Shown here: positions 51,833 through 62,653 of the stretch, one piece after another
Layout of the letters: each line of letters begins with the position of its first letter
Numbering within the stretch: the stretch's first letter is position 1
Source: Schmidtea polychroa
Lineage: Eukaryota
DNA: 64,000 nt
Reading direction: 5' to 3'
NCBI GenBank assembly: GCA_044892525.1
Contig: CM097885.1
Coordinates: 47,121,727-47,185,726 of the forward strand
Made by a program: the position numbers and the translations under genes
The notes under the pieces: generated by a model
What the model was told of the DNA's origin: nothing
What the model saw: only the letters and a program-made list of their open reading frames with translations
Databases searched by the model: none

Positions 51833-52531
51833 ATGGATACTTGGAAACCAATTTTAAATAGACATAAGAGTAAATTTAATAATAAAGTATTTCCTGATAA
51901 TTTTAGATTATTAATTGTTGGTTCTTCTGGATGTGGAAAGAATGTACTTGTTTTGAGAATGTTACTTGAAGATGATTTTTTAGATTATAATAATTTAATC
52001 TTTTATTCTACAACCATAAATCAACCAGAATTACAACTTTTGAAATGTGGATTTGAAAATAAATTAACTAAAAAAGCAATAATTGATATTTTTAAAAATC
52101 AACATAGGTGTCCTGAAGAAGTTTTTCAACCTTGTGATATGGTTGATTGGTATAAGGAAAAGATTTTAGAATCAGATATTAGTAATAAAAATGATTATAT
52201 TTGTGAAGAAGGGCAGGAGGCAATTCAAGTTTTATTCTCTAATAAACCTGAAGATGTTTTACATTGTGATTTACTTCCTAAAGATAAAAAGAATCTAGTT
52301 ATATTTGATGATGTTGTTAATATGAAAAATCAAGAGATTCAAAAGAGTTACTTTACACGAGGTCGACATAATAATTGTAATGTTATTTATATATCTCAAA
52401 CATATTATGCTTTAGATAAAAATTCAATAAGAAATAATTCCAATTGTTTTATATTTTTTAAATTAGATCGCCGAGATAAGAATATGATTTATAATGATCC
52501 GGATCAAAAAAAACTGTTGAGGGGACAGTGA
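51833..52531 (+). CDS. A32/FtsK-HerA DNA packaging ATPase, C-terminally truncated
   Basis: Walker A GSSGCGKN, Walker B LVIFDD, FTRGRH, YISQ, IRNN; ends abruptly in a hairpin next to the TIR. Confidence 0.9.
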   Translation: MDTWKPILNRHKSKFNNKVFPDNFRLLIVGSSGCGKNVLVLRMLLEDDFLDYNNLIFYSTTINQPELQLLKCGFENKLTKKAIIDIFKNQHRCPEEVFQPCDMVDWYKEKILESDISNKNDYICEEGQEAIQVLFSNKPEDVLHCDLLPKDKKNLVIFDDVVNMKNQEIQKSYFTRGRHNNCNVIYISQTYYALDKNSIRNNSNCFIFFKLDRRDKNMIYNDPDQKKLLRGQ

Positions 52532-52626
52532 AAAAAAAAAAAAAAAAAAAAAATACCACTGTCCCCTCAGAGCAGTTTTACTATTTTCATAAAATTTTTT
52601 ATTTTTAAAACTTTCAAAACCTTAAG

Positions 52627-52959
52627 GTGATCAGGCGACCTAGATCATTATGAATTAGGTAATCTGATATTCTTATAACATTAAATCCTTATAACATTAA
52701 ATCCTTAAGACCAAGTAGTGAGGAATCTATGCACCCCGTTACCTTTTCTCGGAATTACTAATCTATAAATACATCTATTCCGAACTTTTTTACTTTTAAG
52801 GGAAGAAATTAATGGTTAATGGCAATAGGGGACAAAGTTTAAAAGTTAAAAAAAGTGAAGAATATGGGGTAAAAAAGCATATAAATGTGGAAAATATGGG
52901 TCAATAGCGCTGTTTTTTTTGAGGGTTGGGGTGCTGGGGTGCATAGATTCCTCACTACT
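52627..52959 (-). repeat. Polinton right TIR (333 bp)
   Basis: Reverse complement of 41910-42242. Confidence 0.95.
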
Positions 52960-55900
52960 TTGGTTGACTTTTTAGATTTTGATAAGAAGATAGTGTATGT
53001 GATGAAGAGTATTTTGTATTTAATTGCTATTATTTTTATGTGTTGTTAGTTGATTGTTGGTACTAAGTTGTTGGTATCTTGTATTTGGTAGTTGGTACAG
53101 TGTTGTTTATTGATTGTTGTTATATAGTTGTAGGTTGATATTTGTTAATTTCTCGATGGGTTTTGATGGTGGTTGTTAGTAGTTGGTATCAGGTAACTGG
53201 TTGTTAGTACTTAGTAGCTAGTTAATGGGTAGGTTGTGGTTGAGTGTTACCAATACCCCTACGACTAGTACCTTTACGACCAGTACCCTTGCGACCAGTA
53301 CCCTTACGACCTGTACCCTTAGGGGGTCAAAACATCCTGTCAGATAAACTCAGAGTATATATAATAAAACTGATCAACAATAAGTATTTATTGAATGCAA
53401 TTTTTACATTGCAATAATAAGTCAGTAGTTATCATTTAAAAGAAGAATGTTTTGTAAATTAGAATTCATTAGTCTTTCATTGTAATTTAAATTATTTTGA
53501 ATTTCACGTGGTGATGAGTTGACAATTATTCATTTTTTGATGAAAATCAACATTTTTGTTAAATTTGAAAAGGTTTTTCTAATGATTGTAATTAAATATA
53601 TTTTTGTAGATAGATAAAAAATTAATTTAAAAAGTATTTCATAAAATACAGTGAAGAATATTTAGTAGTTAGTTGTAAGTATCTGGTTGTTTGAGAGTTA
53701 GTTAGTACGTGGTATCATGTTGTAAGTATTTGTCAGCACCTAGTTAAAAAATATTTAGTAACCGATTGTTGGTAACTGTTGAATTATTATTATTATTATT
53801 TTTATTATTATTATTATTCCATTAAAATTTCCATTAAAAATTATCCTAAAAATTATTTCATAAAAATTTTCATTAAAAAATTTCAATTCTCAAACACCTT
53901 CTATTTTTTGTTAATAAATTTAAAAATCTTAGTTTAATTTACTTATTACATTACTTATTTAAAAATTATTACTTTAATTTACTCATTTAGCTTTAATTTA
54001 AAATTTAAACCATTGTTTCCTTTAATTTAAAATTTTGAACCTTAATTTACTTATTTAAAATTTTTAACTTTAATTTACTTATCCTTAATTTGCCTATTTA
54101 TCCTTTATTACTTAATTTTACACCATAATTTACTAAACAACTAATTATAACCCTTATTTTCATATTTAACCAATAATTTCATGTGGTCATCTGGTTGTAA
54201 GTGTTTGGTATCTAGTTGACAGTGCTTAGTACTAGGTAAGTTACTTGGTTGTTAGTACTTGGTTGATAATACTTAGTACCTGGTTGATGTTGGTTGTATG
54301 TACTTGGTAGGTGGTAGTTAGTTGTTAGTACTTAGTAGCTAGTTAATGGGTAGGTGGTTGTTGGTACTTGGTAGGTGGTAGCTAGTTGGTTGTAGGTACT
54401 TAGTAGCAGGTAACTGGTTGTTAGTAACTAGTTGTAGGTATCTGGTTGTTGGCGGTTGTTAGTACTTGGTATCTGGTACCTAGTTGGTTGCTATCAGGTA
54501 ACTAGTTGTTAGTAACTAGTTGTAGGTATCTGGTTGTTAGTAACTAGTTGTAAGTACTTGGTATCAGGTAACTGGTTGGTTGGTTGTTAGTACTTAGTAT
54601 TTAGTTGGTTGATAATGCTTAGTACCTGGTTGATGTTGGTTGTGAGTGCTTGGTATCTAGTACCTAGTTGGTTGGTTGTTTTTGGTTGATAGTACTTGGT
54701 AGCAGGTAACTGGTTGTTAGTATCTAGTTGTAGGTTGTAGGTACTTAGTAGTTAGTTGATGATGCTTAGTACCTGGTTGATGTTGGTTGTAAGTACTTGG
54801 TATCTAGTTGATAGCTGGTTGTTTTTGGTTGTAGGTACTTAGTAGTTGGTTAATAATGCTTAGTAACTGGTTGTTGACGGTTGAGTGCTTGGTAGGTGGT
54901 AGCTAGTTGGTTGATTGTTTTTGGTTGTTAGTACTTGGTAGTTGGTTGTAGGTACTTGGTAGCAGGTAACTGATTGTTAGTAACTAGTTGTTTGAGAGTT
55001 AGTTAGTACGTGGTATCTAGTTGTAAGTGTTTGGTATCTAGTTGACAGTGCTTAGTACTTGGTATCTTGTTGTAAGTACTTGATAGCAGGTAACTGGTTG
55101 TTAGTAACTAGTTGTAAGTAGTTGGTTGTTAGTAACTAGTTGTAAGTACTTGGTAGCAGGTAACTGGTTGTTAGTAACTAGTTGTAAGTACTGGGTATCT
55201 GGTAACATATTGTTAGTATCTAGTTGTAGGTACTTGGTATCAGGTAACTGGTTGTTAGTAACTAGTTGTAGGTATCTGGTTGTTAATACATGTTCGTAAG
55301 TTACTGGTTGTTGGTACTAAGTTGTTGGTTTGTTGTTGAATTATTATTAAAATTTGTCTTTGAAAAATATTTCATAAAAATTTTCATTAAAAATTATCTT
55401 AAAAATTTCCATCTAAAATTATCATTGAAAAATATTTGATAAAAATTTCCATTAAAAATTAACTTAAAAAATTATTTCATAAAAATTTCCATTAAAAATT
55501 AACTTAAAAAATTATTTCATAAAAATTTTCATTAAAAAATTTCAATTCTCAAACACCTTCTATTATTTCAACTTTTTTTTAATAAATTTAAAAATCTTAC
55601 TTTAATTTACTTATTACATTACTTTAATTTACTTATTTAAAATTTATTACCATTGATTACTTAATTTAAAAATTATTACTTTAATTTACTTATTTAAAAT
55701 TTTTTACCATTGATTACTTAATTTAAAAATTTGGACCTTAATTAACTTTAATTTAATTTTTAGAACCTTAATTTACTTTAATTTAAAAATTTGGACCATT
55801 ATTTACTTTAAATTAATTTTTAGAACCTTAATTTACTTTAATTTAAAAATTTGGACCATTATTTACTTTAATTTAATTTTTAGAACCATAATTTACTGTA

Positions 55901-56772
55901 ATTCAAAAATTTGGACCATAATTTACTGTAATTTAATTTTTTAGGACCATAATTTACTTTAATTTAATTTTTAGGACTATAATTTACTTTATTTGAAAAA
56001 TTTGGACCATAATTTACTTTAATTTAATTTTTAGGACTATAATTTACTGTAATTTAATTTTTTAGGACCATAATTTACTGTAATTTAATTTTTTAGAACC
56101 ATAATTTACTGTAATTTAATTTTTTAGACCCATAATTTACTGTAATTCAAAAATTTGAGCCATAATTTACTGTAATTTAATTTTTTAGAACCATTATATA
56201 CTTTAATTGAAAAATTTACCACGCTTTTTTAGTGTAGACCAGATTTTTCTATTGAAATTCTCAGGACCAAGGAGACCTACCTTAATTTAATTCGAAAAAT
56301 CCATGCTTTTTATTGATAGTCGGATTTTTGTATTGAAAATATCCTGAGACCTTAAATTACCATGCTTTTTTATTGATAGTCGGATTTTTGTATTGAAAAT
56401 CCCAGGACCAAGGAGACCCCCTCGCTATAGTCTGAATAATCCTTGGCTTTTTTTAGTGTAGACCACCTTTTTCTCAGGACCAAGGAGACCCACCTTAATT
56501 TAATTCGAAAAATCCATGCTTTTTTATTGAAGACCGCCTTTTTGTATTGAAAAAATCCTGAGACCTTAAATTACCATGCTTTTTTATTGAAGACCGCCTT
56601 TTTGTATTGAAAAAATCCTGAGACCTTAAATTACCATGCTTTTTTATTGAAGACCGCCTTTTTGTATTGAAAATCACAGGACCATCGAGACCCCCTCACT
56701 ATAGTCTGATAAAAAAAAATTGCGTAATCAAAAGTTGCAGCAAAAAAAAATCGTGCAGCAGAACCCCCCCCC
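52960..56772 (-). repeat. Right arm, outer part
   Basis: Reverse complement of ~30135-33888; differs mainly in tandem-array copy number. Confidence 0.9.
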
Positions 56773-57606
56773 TGGGGGGGGGGGGGGGGTAAAAAAAAAT
56801 CAAATTTTATTTTATGTAAATCGAACTGGCTCAAGGCCGAAGGAGAGAACGGTTCTCACCCTTAGATAAACTGAAATTTTTATGTTTGTTCTCTTTGGAT
56901 GCTGGAGTTAGGAACTCTGGCATCAAACGTGGTTTTTTTTTTCTAAGTATTTTATCATCAATCATCCTGGGCATACATTACGTAGGAGATTAATAGTTTC
57001 TTTCACAATCAAGTATTTTATCAGCAAGCGGTGGTTTAGTTTTTTCCTTCCCAATATCAGTCTTCGAATTCTGGCTTCAAACGCGGTTCTCCATAAAGTA
57101 TTCTGTCAGCAAGCATTCTGTGCACACACATATCTAAATGAATTTAATAATTCGGAGTAAGAAGACTCCATTTGCGATTTTTGTAGCCGTCAGATATTAT
57201 ACAATATACTATAGTAAGGATTGGAAGGAATGGTGTTCAAGGTAAGGAGGTTTAAGGGAACAGGTTTAATATTATAAATATTAACGACTAAAAGGTGTTA
57301 TCAGTTAGGCGGAGCCCATACAAGGACTCCTACATTGACCTATTGATAATATAATCACTTAATTACGTTTTCCCTTCTTCTTTTTGTTATTAGCTTTTTT
57401 CGGGGTTTTCTTATGAATATTTGATAATATGGTATTTCTTTTAAATTGGGTATTTTATCAATCATTTTAATTTTATGGGAAATTCTTTTATCAATGAGGT
57501 CAGGTTGGAATTTTTTTACATTTTTAATTCTATTTGAAAAGTATTCTTTATGCATGTCTGTCAAATATTCACTATAGTTAAGTTCAGATATATTGCCTTT
57601 TGTGCC

Positions 57607-58284
57607 CTAGATTTCAAAGAACATATTCAATAACATTTTCTCTTCGAGGATTAAAGCATCATCGGGGTTCGCTACGATTGGTCTATCATTGAATGGTTTT
57701 TCTATTTTTGGCATATTTTCAAGTTTTTTAATATTTTTGTTTTCTGAAAAAAGGCTCTGTCTGTCATCATATCTGTCAGAAAGTAAATTATAGTAAACTA
57801 TTTGTTCAAGAGTCATCAAGGTTTCGCATTGTGGTTTTACGCCGTTTATTGTAATTATAGTACCAAACAAAAGGTTATGGCGTTCTTTAATATCTCTAAA
57901 GATGTAGGGGTCCCAGTTATCATCCGAATTAGTTTCTACATGGGGGTAATATTCATCATCACTGTCACTTTCTGGTTCGGTTATGCTATCATCATTATCA
58001 ATTTCATGTTGGATTATGCTATCGTCAATTAGACCAATGTTTCTTACTTTCGATAAGTTAATTTTATCTGGTTCTGAAGTTTTCGGTGTTAGTTTGGTAT
58101 TATCGGCATTATCGGTGTTCTTTTTAGCTGGTAAGTAAGTGTCGTTTTCATTTTTTATCGGGCTATCGTCTATTAGGTTGATGTTAGTAAGATTGGAGAT
58201 TTTCGAATCTGGTACATTGGTATTGCTGATTATGATTTCTGAATAAATTGGTTCCTTATTTGTTAAGAGGTATTCAAAACGCAT
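57607..58284 (-). CDS. Hypothetical acidic, low-complexity protein; probably frameshifted continuation of 58263-59096
   Basis: 225-aa ORF in very AT-rich DNA; internal repeat NINLIDDS/NIGLIDDS. Confidence 0.4.
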   Translation of the reverse strand: MRFEYLLTNKEPIYSEIIISNTNVPDSKISNLTNINLIDDSPIKNENDTYLPAKKNTDNADNTKLTPKTSEPDKINLSKVRNIGLIDDSIIQHEIDNDDSITEPESDSDDEYYPHVETNSDDNWDPYIFRDIKERHNLLFGTIITINGVKPQCETLMTLEQIVYYNLLSDRYDDRQSLFSENKNIKKLENMPKIEKPFNDRPIVANPDDALILEEKMLLNMFFEI

Positions 58285-59096
58285 ATTATGTTTAATTTTA
58301 CGTTTCTTACGATAATAATATTTTTGTCATCGGATCTGGATTTTGAAGGATTTATAAACAAATTATTCTGAATTTGTTTTTTCTTTAATTTTCGTTTTTT
58401 ATTTCTGGATTTTTTGGATTTTTTATAAAGTTCTTTATTTCTGAAATCATTAAAGAACCAATTATTAACATGCTTTTTTCCAGGGAATTGTAAATTTTTA
58501 AAATTTTCATTACTTATTTTAGCTTTATCAAAGGTATTTTTAAAATATTTCACGTTTTTATTTTTATTTTTATTAACTTGTTTTTTAATAAAATTTTCGT
58601 TACTTATCTTAATTTTATCTAAGGTGTTTTTAAAATTATTGGGGTTTTCTTTAAAATTAATTTTTTCTTTAATTTTTTCTTTAAATTTAAAATTTTTCTT
58701 GAAAAAAGCATGTTTTTCTAACGAATTATTATTCTTAAAAGTAATGTAATTTTGATTATAATTTACGTTAGATTGCCATATTTTTATAGCAGATTCGAAT
58801 GCATCCAGGAATTCTATATGCTGTTCTCGGACCAGGTTTTCAATTACAAAACATCCCGAGATGAGCTTGTCAGCATATCTATATGTGTTTTGGCTTATAT
58901 CTCGAATATTGGAGCCAATACAATCCCAGCAAGCAGTTCGGAGATCCTTCGACATTTCAATGATTCCTGAAAAATAGTTAAAAAGCTGAAAAGCAATAAA
59001 GAACTCATTGATTTCTGCCCCAGTGCTAGTGAATGTTATATGAAGTAATTCTACTAAGCTCTGGGGACTTTTACCAAAAATGTTTAGCGTTGTCAT
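58263..59096 (-). CDS. Hypothetical protein inside the right end of the giant element
   Basis: 277-aa ORF with ATG 7 bp inside the 30-bp terminal repeat; K/N-rich repeat FKNT.DK.KISNENF twice; no recognised domain. Confidence 0.45.
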   Translation of the reverse strand: MTTLNIFGKSPQSLVELLHITFTSTGAEINEFFIAFQLFNYFSGIIEMSKDLRTACWDCIGSNIRDISQNTYRYADKLISGCFVIENLVREQHIEFLDAFESAIKIWQSNVNYNQNYITFKNNNSLEKHAFFKKNFKFKEKIKEKINFKENPNNFKNTLDKIKISNENFIKKQVNKNKNKNVKYFKNTFDKAKISNENFKNLQFPGKKHVNNWFFNDFRNKELYKKSKKSRNKKRKLKKKQIQNNLFINPSKSRSDDKNIIIVRNVKLNIICVLNTS

Positions 59097-59415
59097 CGGA
59101 TCAATTGCTGCAGCGGGCTCCTAACTACCTACTAATGTTTGAAGTCAATATTTCTCAACTTTTGTCATTCTCCGTCTAAATAAAGATAAAAATGTCAATC
59201 TTTATCTGTAAAGATTTCATTGTCAAAACCAAGTAAATAGGTCATTAACACTACCTAATAAAACCCTGGATAATTAATATAAAATTTAATAAAACATTGT
59301 TCTAAACAATAAATCTAAATTAATTTACTGTGCATTCATCACAACCTAATAAAACGATATAATTTCACATTATTATTGATTCATAACTGACTAATGTATT
59401 GACATTAGAAGTTAA

Positions 59416-59635
59416 CCCCTTCAGATCTGAATTATTGTTAATGGAATGAAACTGATCACTAATTGTATTGTTGCCGAAAATTGTTCATAGATGGCAATAG
59501 TGGTATGATTTTAAAACAATCAAAATAGTTTGGTCGGTGCGTGGAGAGATGGCGATGAAGTAAAATATAATAAATAAGGAATCTATAAGGTTTTAAATGT
59601 TATGTGCATGATTCTGCACATGGTGTCTGAAGGGA
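59416..59635. mobile_element. piggyBac-like MITE
   Basis: TTAA-CCCCTTCAGA ... TCTGAAGGGA-TTAA. Confidence 0.65.
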
Positions 59636-59689
59636 TTAAAAACATAATAGTTAGCTGCAAAAATGCAACGACTGAGGAGCAACCGTATT

Positions 59690-59766
59690 AATATTATTTT
59701 TGGGGTCGCCACAACTTGACAAATGTTATCAAGGGGCCACAGCACCAGAAAGGTTGGGAACCGCTG
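59690..59766 (+). mobile_element. Buster/Charlie-type hAT terminus
   Basis: GGGGTCGCCACAAC..AAAGGTTGGGAACCGCTG, a typical Charlie/Buster end. Confidence 0.55.
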
Positions 59767-60040
59767 AATTATAGAATGTTAAAGATTTCATTTGAGTTGT
59801 AAATTTTAATTTTATTTAAACAAAAGCTTTGGCAATTTGGAAACTGAAAATTTTGCCTTTAAAATAAAAACCTTGATATCAAGAGATAATAACTTATGTT
59901 AGCAAATTTCATACAAAAATAAAGACCAAAAGTTAAAAATTATTTATTCTAGACGTATTTACAAGACTTTATGAATTCATAAACACATTTTACCAAATAA
60001 AATGTAAATTTAAAATTTTTAACTACAATACAAAGTTAAT

Positions 60041-60906
60041 TTAAGTTGTTCTATTTTCATTAACTTGACGATTAATCCAATCTAAAGTTTGATTGATGTT
60101 ACCATTATATTCAGTTAATTTTTTTTTCAACCAATCATCTTTATTAAAAAAGCCCATGTTTTCCATAATATGCAAAGCATCATCGATATCCCGATTCTGA
60201 GATTGATCTTGATTATCAGTATTTCCTACATTCAAGTTTCCAAGAGTGAAATTTTCTTCTGCATTGTTAGGAAATGTAAAAGGAGGTTGTTCATCTTCAT
60301 CAGTTATTTCATCAATGAAACTTACTCCATAACTTCCAATTAACTTCTGAAAATATGATCCGATATTTATGATATTATTTTCGTGAACGTCTTTCTCAAT
60401 AATAGATTTTAGTTCTCTATATAGAAAAGGATGAATTAAAAAGTTCTTTGATTTTTCCAGAATTCCAAAATGCGCGTCATTCTCAGTATGGATATCAAAG
60501 CATGATTTGCATAAAATTAAATTAGCACAATTAAGGCATTGTAATATATAATTAAAATTTCCTTTGCAATGAGAACAGTTTTCAGAGAATTCTGTTCTTC
60601 TTTTGTCATGAACATATATATCAATGCCATCTTTATTCAAATCAAGAGCTAATCCAAATTCATCGTGAGTATCAAAATATATAAAATCATTTTCTTTATC
60701 TGCATGTACATTATAATATATAGAAAAAAAAACATTTACTATTAACTCTTACCTTTCCAAAATAATTCAAAGTCTTTGTCATCGATAGAGTTAAGAAAAT
60801 TCTTAATTAGTACTTTTAAATGATGAAAAGCACGAACATGATTCGAATTTTCAATATTTAGATTAAGAATTTTTTTAAAATTTCTAAATATTAATTTAAT
60901 CTCCAT
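60041..60906 (-). CDS. SQSTM1: Sequestosome-1/p62-like protein (PB1-ZZ-UBA), two exons, ~270 aa
   Basis: Exons 60906-60753 and 60699-60041 with a 53-nt GT-AG intron; PB1 acidic motif LFWKDKENDFIYFDTHDEF, ZZ-like CSHC..CLNC..LCKSC..H, UBA ALHIMENMGF..WL..GNINQTLD. Confidence 0.85.
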
Positions 60907-62653
60907 TGTAAATTAATTAAAGTGAATGCTATCATATCGTTGATACTAAATTTAGTAAAACTTTCCGACTAATCAGATCGTATTTTCGTGAATTGTCGGT
61001 AAATTTGTAAATTACACGTTATTTGTGTATTATTAAACAGTATGGTCTTGAAAAGTGTAAATTAGTCATTGATGTTTAAACTTGCTTATGAAATTTTTAA
61101 AATAAACTTTTTTTGAAAATCAATAATATTACTTAAAATAACTTATAAACAAATAAACTATTATTTTTGATAAGGGTTTGTAAAAGTTATTTAGAGGTCA
61201 TCCTGGTCAGGTAATATGTGGCCACATACTGAAAATTTTTTTTAAATGGACGCTTCAAAAATTTATCCAAAATAAAAAAACTGATAAGAAATATCAAAAA
61301 ACAAAATATAAATGTAATAAATAAAAATTAGAAAAGCGCTTTTCGAGCCTTTCGAGCTGTAAACCAAATTATAAATTTTCATAATTATGTAACTTCATAA
61401 GAGTGTTGGATGTAATTTTCGTGTTGTTTTGACTTCTTCAAATAACCGAGATCGTTTGCAATCACTGTATTACTTATTTTTCGGGCCCACAGCCAACTAC
61501 AACTACAATTTAATAAAATTAACTTCAAACAGGAATGATGGTCGTACTGTGCTCTGTATACGGAACAGTTTTACCAACCTGTCTATCAGGAACTTCTTGG
61601 TGACCTGCGTGGACAATGATCAGCATCGACGTTGTCTACATGTTGTTTAAACGTTAATAATTAAATCGACCGAGACCACGGTGAACTTTTAGTTCGTGCG
61701 TATCTTCAAGGTCTCAACACAACACCAAGGGTTCACCGTATCCGAGTGGGCCTGTGCGATGGACAACTTTATTAATTAATGTAAATGACTTATAGCGCAT
61801 AACGACCACATACGTAAATCACATTTAAATACAAAGATTATAAGACATTGAGTGCTCGCTTCTCAAACGACCAAAGGGCTAAGAGAAACGAACATTTCAA
61901 CATTACTGACGCAAAAACATCACTACATACAATGAAGATTAGAATTGTTTAAACATCATTGAATATGGGGCAGATCATCGTGCTTTAATAAACAAAAAAT
62001 AAGGGCCATAACTGCTAAAATATTTCAAAGTTCAATTATAACTCTAAATTTAAGGAAATACAGGAATAAAAACGAGCACAACCTTGCCAAATTTTTCAAA
62101 AATCAATTTTAAACTTTGAATTTCAAGGAATGTGTGAATAACATAAGGCTGTCTAAAAATGCTGGGGGTCAATTGTAACTTTGATTGTAAGGAAATAATT
62201 GTATACAAAAATGGGTAGATAGTCCCACAATGTTTAATGAGTAATTATTTTATAAAATAAATAATTTTAACACGTACCTGATTTGGAAGTAGTGTAGCAA
62301 AGGAGGTTAAGACGATTTTCTCCTAAGAAGTAAAACTCCGAGTATAGATTGTTGATAAAACAGTTAATACTTAACAATAATCGATAACTATTTAAGGAAT
62401 GGTGGAAATGTTTGCTTTATATTACATTCGATTATATAACCCTATTTCATATTGTTGTAAGTTGGGATGTATAGTGTAAGAATGCAAGAATTGAATTAAT
62501 AATGGTAGTAGCTCAAAGGTGTACGTCAACCAAGGAGGGCAGATCCCGTAAACTATTCCAAGCCATCAATCTTAACTTGCAAACTAAGGGGATATGCGAA
62601 TTATTATTTTGTTGTAGATTGTGGAATCCTAATTTTGCTTTTACTTAATTCTT

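Larger units (their letters stand above)
41910..52959. mobile_element. Polinton/Maverick (adintovirus-like), internally deleted, 11,050 bp
   Basis: AGTAGT termini, 333-bp TIRs, 6-bp TSD TTGGTT (41904-41909, 52960-52965); pPolB, penton, protease and ATPase genes. Confidence 0.96.
30093..59133. mobile_element. Giant (29-kb) palindromic non-autonomous element with Polinton-type ends
   Basis: Identical 30-bp inverted termini AGTAGGTAGTTAGGAGCCCGCTGCAGCAAT (30093-30122, 59104-59133); 6-bp TSD AATGTT (30087-30092, 59134-59139); multi-kb inverted arms. Confidence 0.9.

Noticed and set aside
30093..59133. Palindrome as a sequencing fold-back artefact
   Set aside because: The arms differ by substitutions, array lengths, a TSD-flanked insertion and terminal cargo, and the whole unit has its own TSD. 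Long-read confirmation is still advisable.
61400..62630. 5' LTR of the Gag-bearing element
   Set aside because: No second copy, PBS or clear TG..CA boundary can be verified in this window.
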